Shown here: positions 57,743 through 64,000 of the stretch, piece by piece
Position numbering within the stretch: position 1 is the stretch's first letter
Layout: each line of letters begins with the position of its first letter
Assembly (NCBI GenBank): GCA_903844645.1
Contig: CAIMUP010000006.1
Location: 2,055-66,054 of the forward strand
Origin: an uncultured Bacteroidota bacterium
GTDB lineage: Bacteria > Bacteroidota > Bacteroidia > AKYH767-A > JABDAW01
Direction: 5' to 3'
DNA: 64,000 bases
The notes under the pieces: model-generated
Databases searched by the model: none
What the model was told of the DNA's origin: nothing
The model's input: the letters and a program-made list of their open reading frames with translations, nothing else
Position numbers and translations under genes: made by a program

Positions 57743-57927
57743 TCGCCGGGCGAAAATTATCAGAAAAATTTCCTAAAATGCAAACTCCGCCCAAGTTTTT
57801 TTGAGAGCCGTTTGCGAGCTTCTGATATGTGTTTTGAATGTTCATTTTTCTGTTTGAGAGTGCAATATTACTAAAAGTTTTTATTCTTCCAAACATTTGT
57901 GCAAATATTTTTGGTGAGCGAATGGTA

Positions 57928-58917
57928 TTAAACCAACTTATTCATCACCAGATACTCTGCAATCTGAACAGCATTGGTGGCAGCTCCCTTTCGCAAATTA
58001 TCAGCAACAATCCACAGGTTTAAGGTATTAGGATTCGATTCATCGCGCCGGATTCTTCCTACAAAAACATCGTCCTTACCGAAGGCAAAAAGAGGCATCG
58101 GATAGTTGTAATTCGCAGGGTCGTCCTGAACAATAATTCCTTTGGTAGATGAAAGAAGATTTCGGACTTCATCCACTTCAAAATCATTTTCAAATTCAAT
58201 ATTCACCGTCTCGGAATGCCCGCCAGTAACCGGAATACGAACCGCGGTAGCTGTAATTCGGATAGAATTATCGCCCAGAATCTTTCGGGTTTCATTCACC
58301 ATTTTCATCTCCTCTTTGGTGTATCCATTATCTGTAAATACATCGCATTGAGGAATACAATTTCTATCTATCTGATAGGGATAAGCCATCTCCCCTACGA
58401 TTCCATTCCGTTCATTTTCCATTTGGCTGACCGCTTTCGCACCTGTCCCGCTTACGGATTGATACGTTGAAATCACTAACCTTTTTATCTTATATTTCTT
58501 ATGAAGCGGATTCAAAACCATCGCCATCTGGATGGTCGAACAATTAGGATTGGCAATGATTTTGTCTTCGCGACTCAATACATTTGCATTGATTTCAGGA
58601 ACGATTAATTTCTTGCCCGGATCCATTCTCCATGCCGAAGAATTATCAATAACAACTGTACCCACTTCAGCAAATTTAGGAGCATACTCCAAGGAGGTAT
58701 TTCCACCCGCAGAGAACAGCGCAATAGCAGGCTTTTGAGTAATGGCATCAGCCATACTTATTACCTTATATTCCTTAGAATTAAAAGTAATATTCTTACC
58801 AACAGACTTCTCTGTTGCTACAAGAATCAACTCTGAAACTGGGAAGTTCCTTTCTTCTAAAACCTTTAACATCATGCCTCCAACCAAGCCGGTTGCGCCT
58901 ACTACAGCTACTTTCAT
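57928..58917 (-). CDS. asd: aspartate-semialdehyde dehydrogenase
   Basis: The Rossmann motif 'MKVAVVGATGLVGGMMLKVL' is present. The catalytic 'NPNCSTIQM' segment and the 329-aa size fit Asd. Confidence 0.9.
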   Translation of the reverse strand: MKVAVVGATGLVGGMMLKVLEERNFPVSELILVATEKSVGKNITFNSKEYKVISMADAITQKPAIALFSAGGNTSLEYAPKFAEVGTVVIDNSSAWRMDPGKKLIVPEINANVLSREDKIIANPNCSTIQMAMVLNPLHKKYKIKRLVISTYQSVSGTGAKAVSQMENERNGIVGEMAYPYQIDRNCIPQCDVFTDNGYTKEEMKMVNETRKILGDNSIRITATAVRIPVTGGHSETVNIEFENDFEVDEVRNLLSSTKGIIVQDDPANYNYPMPLFAFGKDDVFVGRIRRDESNPNTLNLWIVADNLRKGAATNAVQIAEYLVMNKLV

Positions 58918-59004
58918 ATTCTTATTTTTTAATATTTTTTAACGATTGTAAATCCATGTCCGCGATTAATTGTACTTTTAAATTTTCAAACTAAATTTAT
59001 TCTT

Positions 59005-60564
59005 ATGAAAACGCAAATATACAGATTCAAAAGTTTTGCTGCATTGCTGCCGAAACTATGCCTGCTTATTCTTATTCTATTTACCTTCTCTATGCCTGCA
59101 AATGGACAGATTGCTGATGATTTTTCGGATGGTGATTTCAATAATAATCCAACATGGAGCGGCGATGTCGGAAGCTTTAAAATCAACACCTCAAAAGAAT
59201 TGCAATTGAACGGGGTTGCTGCAGATACTTCCTATTTATCCACCCCAAATACTTCTATCAATAATACGGAATGGGACATCTGGTTGAAGATTTCTTTAGC
59301 TCCTACGGCAGGGAATAACGAACGTATTTATTTAGTCTCCGATCAGGCGAATCTGAAAGGAAGTCTCAATGGATATTTTATCTATTTGGGGGCTAATAAA
59401 AATATTGCCATGATAAAACAAACAGGCAATGTAACAGTAAATATTTTTACAGGCATCGCGCAGCATGTCAACAAAACAGTAAATAGTATTGGTCTGAAAA
59501 TTACCAGAGACAGCCTTGGGCTATGGACAATATATTCCGATACAACCGGTGGAATCAATTATATTCCTGAAGGCAATCCATTTATGGATAGCACCTTTAC
59601 CACAACAAATTATTTCGGGGTCGTTTGCCAATATACTGTCAGTAATGCAACCAAGTTTTACTTCGATAATATTTATGTAGGTGGGATTAAAACCAATGCC
59701 CTTCCGAGTCTTATTCCCGATAGTTTCGACATTGTGGTGAATGAAATTATGTACGACCCCATATCAGGAGGTAGTGATTTTGTGGAGCTTTATAATCGTT
59801 CCGATAAAACTTTTGATTTGAAAGATATATCCATAGCCAATGTGGGCTTTACTTCTGGTATTGTGATGGATACTGTTCCCATTACCGGAACCAGTCGTTT
59901 GTTCCTTCCTGGTGAATATATTGTGCTAACGGCGAGTATCGCAAATGTCCTGTTTCAATACCCTAAATCAATCCCAAATAGCTTTATCGAACTACCTGTT
60001 ATGCCCCAGTTCTATGCCGATAGCGGAGGGGTTGCTATCATTAGCTCGAATAAAATCATTGACCAGTTTCAATATTCCAATGCTATGCAATTCCCGATGC
60101 TAAACGACTTACATGATGTAAGTTTGGAGCGACTGAATTTCGATAGAATGACGCAGGATAATACCAATTGGCATTCTGCTTCGGAGGGGGTTGGGTTTGG
60201 GACTCCGGGGTATAAGAATTCTCAATTTGAATCCAACGAAAGTGTTCAAAACAACTTCTATTTAGAGCCTGAAATATTCTCTCCGGATAATAATGCTTAC
60301 GAGGATGTGGTGAACCTTCACTATCATTTTAAGACTGCTGGAAATGTTGGAACGATCACTATCTTTGATGCCAAAGGAAGGTTGGTTAGAAATCTTGTTT
60401 CTAACGAGTTATTGGGGACTGATGGCGCGTATAGTTGGGATGGGATTAATAATCAAAATACCAAGGCGGGTGTAGGAATTTATGTGGCTTATCTTTCTGT
60501 TTTCGATTTAAAGGGTGTTACGAATTCTTTCAAAAAGACGTGCGTACTTGCGGCGAATTTATAG
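59005..60564 (+). CDS. secreted lamin-tail-domain (LTD) protein
   Basis: A signal peptide is present. The LTD signature 'VVNEIMYDPISGGSDFVELYNRSDKTFDLKDISIAN' is present. A C-terminal beta-sandwich follows. Confidence 0.65.
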   Translation: MKTQIYRFKSFAALLPKLCLLILILFTFSMPANGQIADDFSDGDFNNNPTWSGDVGSFKINTSKELQLNGVAADTSYLSTPNTSINNTEWDIWLKISLAPTAGNNERIYLVSDQANLKGSLNGYFIYLGANKNIAMIKQTGNVTVNIFTGIAQHVNKTVNSIGLKITRDSLGLWTIYSDTTGGINYIPEGNPFMDSTFTTTNYFGVVCQYTVSNATKFYFDNIYVGGIKTNALPSLIPDSFDIVVNEIMYDPISGGSDFVELYNRSDKTFDLKDISIANVGFTSGIVMDTVPITGTSRLFLPGEYIVLTASIANVLFQYPKSIPNSFIELPVMPQFYADSGGVAIISSNKIIDQFQYSNAMQFPMLNDLHDVSLERLNFDRMTQDNTNWHSASEGVGFGTPGYKNSQFESNESVQNNFYLEPEIFSPDNNAYEDVVNLHYHFKTAGNVGTITIFDAKGRLVRNLVSNELLGTDGAYSWDGINNQNTKAGVGIYVAYLSVFDLKGVTNSFKKTCVLAANL

Positions 60565-60639
60565 GGAATAAGTTGTAGGTGAAATAGGGTGGGGGAGGTG
60601 GATAAAAACTTTCTCTTGGGGTGTTGGGGAGTCTTCGGT

Positions 60640-60890
60640 TCGACACTAATTTTATGCCATTGGAAAAGGAATTTATACTATTGGAAAAGGAACTTTGTCG
60701 GGGTTTGATTTACTTTATTCGATGCCTATTTTATTATTCACTATGGTTGTTTTAATTTCTACGATTCCGTTTTGAATTTCTACGAGGGTTGTTTTAGTTT
60801 CTAAGGTTTCGTTTTGAATTTCTACCATGGGTTTTGGAACTTATACGATGGCTGTGGCGGTTTATACGTCCTGCACCCGTGTTTTAATAT
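60640..60890. repeat. degenerate 21-bp tandem arrays ('ccattggaaaaggaatttata' x2, then 'gttttgaatttctacgagggt'-like x6)
   Basis: It was read directly. It is more diverged than the other arrays. Confidence 0.7.
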
Positions 60891-61017
60891 AGCTATATAG
60901 ATATTATTATTATCAGCGTATTACATGGTGGTAATAATTCAATTAATCGAGAATTTGGAATTTTGGAGTTTTCGGGAAAGGGGTTGAAATTGGGGAGGAA
61001 ATAAATAGGATTTTGCC

Positions 61018-62553
61018 TTATTTTATTCGTTCGATTGCGGCTTGTAATCTTTTTAATACCTCTTGTTTTCCTAATAATTCTGCCATTTCCCAGAGGACGG
61101 GACCGCCTCCTAAACCGCTTAAACAGACTCTGAAAACTTGCATGACAGAGCCTGGATTTACTCCTTCGCTTTCGCAAGATTGTTTGAATGATTTTTCTAA
61201 TTCTGGGGCATTCCAATTTTCTATTTTATCAAAATCAGCACTTGCTTTTGCGATGGCTGTTTTTGCATTTTCGTTCCACTTTTTCTTGATCACTTCTTCG
61301 TCATATTTATCGGGAGCGATGAAAAAGAAACTTCCGAGATTCCAAAATTCTTTGATGAAATGCGCCTTCTCTTTTATTAAACGGCAGACGTTTTCTACAT
61401 AAATTTCATCAGGATTAAAACCTCTTTTATTAAGGTCTGTGAGAAACTCTTTTGCCAGTTCTTTATCATCTTTTTTGCGGAGATATTGTTGGTTAAACCA
61501 CTTGGCTTTGTCGGGATCGAACTTGGCTCCGGACTTGCTTACTTTCTCAAAAGAAAACTGTGCAATGAGTTCTTCCATGCTCATCATTTCGGTATTATGT
61601 CCGGGATTCCAACCGAGCAATGCGATGATATTTATCATGGCTTCGGGGAAATATCCTTGCTCGCGATAGCCTGATGAAATCTCGCCACTTGCAGGGTCTT
61701 TCCACTCCAAGGGGAACACCGGAAAGCCGAGTTTATCGCCATCGCGTTTGCTTAATTTTCCGTTGCCATCGGGCTTTAATAAAAGAGGGAGATGGGCGTA
61801 TTTAGGCATCGCATCTTCCCAACCGAGGTAGCGGTAAATAAGCAGATGAGCGGGGGCAGAGGGCAGCCATTCTTCGCCGCGAACGGCATGGGTGATTTCC
61901 ATTAAAATATCGTCCACAATGTGGGCAAGATGATAGGTGGGCATGCCATCGGATTTCAACAAAACTTTGTCATCAACTTGGGAAGAATGTACGACGACCC
62001 AGCCACGAATAATGTCATGCAAACGTATCTCTTCGTTGCGCGGCACCTTGAGGCGAATGACATAAGGTTCGTTGTTTTCGAGACGTCTTTTTACTTCGTC
62101 TTCAGGGAGGGTCAAAGAGTTTTTGAGGGTTTGACGAGTGATGGAATTGTATTGAAAAGGCTTGTCTTTCGCCTTTGATAAACGCTCACGGATGGCATCT
62201 AATTCTTCTGTGGTATCGAAGGCGTAATAGGCATGACCGCTTGCGATTAGTTGCTCGGCATATTTTTTATAAACGCCTTGTTCTTTCCTTTCTGATTGAC
62301 GATAAGGTTCATGTTTTCCTCCTACGGAAACGCCTTCATCAATAGTAATTCCGCACCATTTCAAGGACTCGATAATATACTCTTCGGCACCCGGAACGTA
62401 ACGGGTTTGGTCGGTATCTTCGATCCTCAACAAGAAGTCGCCACCGTGATGTTTTGCGAAAAGATAATTGTATAAAGCTGTTCGCACACCCCCGATATGT
62501 AAGGGACCTGTGGGCGAGGGGGCAAATCTTAATCTGACTTTTTTATTCTCCAT
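61018..62553 (-). CDS. gltX: glutamate--tRNA ligase
   Basis: 'RLRFAPSPTGPLHIGGVRTALYNYLFAK' carries the HIGH motif. The 'KLSKR' motif (KMSKS) is present. The protein is 511 aa. Confidence 0.9.
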   Translation of the reverse strand: MENKKVRLRFAPSPTGPLHIGGVRTALYNYLFAKHHGGDFLLRIEDTDQTRYVPGAEEYIIESLKWCGITIDEGVSVGGKHEPYRQSERKEQGVYKKYAEQLIASGHAYYAFDTTEELDAIRERLSKAKDKPFQYNSITRQTLKNSLTLPEDEVKRRLENNEPYVIRLKVPRNEEIRLHDIIRGWVVVHSSQVDDKVLLKSDGMPTYHLAHIVDDILMEITHAVRGEEWLPSAPAHLLIYRYLGWEDAMPKYAHLPLLLKPDGNGKLSKRDGDKLGFPVFPLEWKDPASGEISSGYREQGYFPEAMINIIALLGWNPGHNTEMMSMEELIAQFSFEKVSKSGAKFDPDKAKWFNQQYLRKKDDKELAKEFLTDLNKRGFNPDEIYVENVCRLIKEKAHFIKEFWNLGSFFFIAPDKYDEEVIKKKWNENAKTAIAKASADFDKIENWNAPELEKSFKQSCESEGVNPGSVMQVFRVCLSGLGGGPVLWEMAELLGKQEVLKRLQAAIERIK

Positions 62554-62599
62554 AATATGTATTTAATTGGGGGCAAAGATAGGATTCTAAGGTATGATT

Positions 62600-62650
62600 T
62601 ATTGCAAACAAAATTGGCAGATAAAAAGCGTTATGCTTTCTATCTGCCAA
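62600..62650 (-). terminator. putative terminator of metK
   Basis: The 10-bp inverted repeat 'ttggcagata...tatctgccaa' at 62614-62650 is followed on the minus strand by 'attttgtttg'. The loop is long, 17 nt. Confidence 0.4.
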
Positions 62651-62673
62651 TTATTAATTGCTTTATAAATTTA

Positions 62674-64000
62674 TTATTGTTGCGGCGTATCGGTAGCAGG
62701 TGTAGAAGGGGTTTCTACACTTGGAGTATCTACTGAAGGAACAACTTTTCTTGGTCTTCCTCTTTTGCCTGGACCGCTGGAAGATTTTGGTTGATAATTG
62801 GAATAAGAACGAACTCCTTTTTCGCTTGTTGGATAAATTTCTCCACTAACATTGGGAGCAAATTCTTTCTTTACATAGCCTTTGTATCCATGACGAAATC
62901 CAAAAACTTCCTTGATTTTTTCTACATAATCTAATTTCTCCCAAGTGAAAGTTTCAAATTCTTTAAATAGTTTTCCACCGCGATCTCCTTTATATTCTAC
63001 TTTCAACATCTCTGGCTTTCTGCCCATGTGTCCGTAAGAAGCAGAAGGTAAAAAGATAGGATTCTTCAAGCCGAAACGCTTCACAATAGCTCCCGGACGC
63101 ATATCGAAAATACCTTTTACAATATTTGAAATCTCGGTATCGCTGTATTTCTTTCCGTTTGATTTTTTCACCTTGCAGGAGTAAAAAGTATTTACATACA
63201 AGCCTACCGGTTCTGCAACTCCGATAGCATAAGCTACCTGAACCAAACATTCGCTGGCAAGCCCTGACGCAACAATATTCTTCGCAATATGACGACAAGC
63301 ATACGCCGCAGAACGATCTACCTTCGAGGAATCTTTTCCAGAGAAAGCACCGCCTCCATGAGGAGCACGACCACCATAAGTATCAACAATAATCTTACGC
63401 CCAGTCAAGCCTGTATCGCCATGAGGACCGCCAATTACAAAGCTACCGGTCGGGTTGATATGAAACTTAATATTCGTCTTGAAATACTTCTTCATTTTAT
63501 AAGGAAACCTCGCACGAACCTTCGGCATGATGTATTCAATCATATCTTGGGTAATCTGTTTCGTCATCATCATATTCGCCATCTCACGACTTTGATCGGT
63601 ATCTTTTTCAGGTTTAATCCAATCATCATGTTGGGTAGAAATAACAACCGAATCAATCCTCACTGGCTTGCCGCGATCATTATATTCAATCGTAACCTGC
63701 GACTTCGCATCAGGACGAAGATAGTGCATTTTCTTTGGAAGACCCGTCCTCCGAACCTTCTGCAACTCCTTCAATATCATGTGCGAAATTTCAAGAGCCA
63801 ACGGCATAAAGTTACGGGTTTCATTCACCGCATACCCAAACATCATCCCCTGATCTCCCGCACCTTGTTCTTCATCCTTGCCACGTTCCACGCCACGGTT
63901 AATATCCGCCGATTGTTCATGCAAAGTAGTGATCACTCCGCAGGAATCACCATCGAATTTATACTCCGATTTCGTATAGCCGATGTCATTAATAACCCGA
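62674..64000 (-). CDS. metK: S-adenosylmethionine synthase; the N-terminus lies beyond the window end. It carries an unusual ~65-aa low-complexity C-terminal extension.
   Basis: MetK signatures 'GAGDQGMMFGYA' and 'GGPHGDTGLTGRKIIVDTYGG.APHGGGAFSGKD' are present. The frame stays open to the window edge. The canonical C-terminus '...FTWEKLDYVEKIKE' is followed by 'YKGYVKKEF...SSGPGKRGRPRKVVPSVDTPSVETPSTPATDTPQQ'. Confidence 0.9.
   Translation of the reverse strand, partial: RVINDIGYTKSEYKFDGDSCGVITTLHEQSADINRGVERGKDEEQGAGDQGMMFGYAVNETRNFMPLALEISHMILKELQKVRRTGLPKKMHYLRPDAKSQVTIEYNDRGKPVRIDSVVISTQHDDWIKPEKDTDQSREMANMMMTKQITQDMIEYIMPKVRARFPYKMKKYFKTNIKFHINPTGSFVIGGPHGDTGLTGRKIIVDTYGGRAPHGGGAFSGKDSSKVDRSAAYACRHIAKNIVASGLASECLVQVAYAIGVAEPVGLYVNTFYSCKVKKSNGKKYSDTEISNIVKGIFDMRPGAIVKRFGLKNPIFLPSASYGHMGRKPEMLKVEYKGDRGGKLFKEFETFTWEKLDYVEKIKEVFGFRHGYKGYVKKEFAPNVSGEIYPTSEKGVRSYSNYQPKSSSGPGKRGRPRKVVPSVDTPSVETPSTPATDTPQQ

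Noticed and set aside
60630-60660. A tRNA-like T-arm-looking 'tcggttcgacact' near 60635.
   Set aside because: No acceptor stem or CCA context is present, and no anticodon-arm complementarity could be found by eye. I could not support a tRNA.

Overview
This 64-kb window is from a Bacteroidota chromosome. The lineage is indicated by GldH, T9SS type-A and type-B C-terminal sorting domains, SBBP/YVTN propellers and futalosine-pathway genes.

Housekeeping genes present:
- pdhA (E1 alpha) and pdhC (E2)
- amt with its associated porin
- an orphan nuoI-J-K-L block
- asd, gltX and metK (3' part only)
- msrB, a fatty-acid desaturase, a GNAT acetyltransferase and an RsbW-like anti-sigma kinase

These are interleaved with an unusually dense set of secreted T9SS cargo, at least 9 genes. 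Two are giants of 3100 aa and 1525 aa. One cluster is a secreted multicopper oxidase with a Met-rich HMBD protein and a His/Cys-rich PKD protein.

Three things stand out:
1. Almost every intergenic gap carries a tandem array whose unit is exactly 21 bp (or 42 bp). The arrays differ in sequence but share the same period, and several are capped by inverted copies or TIRs. Some are preceded by a shared leader-like element of about 95 bp. One array sits inside a 605-bp TIR-bounded MITE-like element.
2. An AT-rich three-gene cassette is wedged precisely between nuoK and nuoL. It encodes a 319-aa unknown protein, a 75-aa unknown protein and a minimal nucleotidyltransferase, abutted by one of the 21-bp arrays. 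It is a candidate undescribed TA/defence-like module.
3. Two adjacent T9SS genes share a near-identical 5' cassette of about 65 nt.

No rRNA, tRNA, CRISPR-Cas, transposase or integrase could be supported from the sequence.
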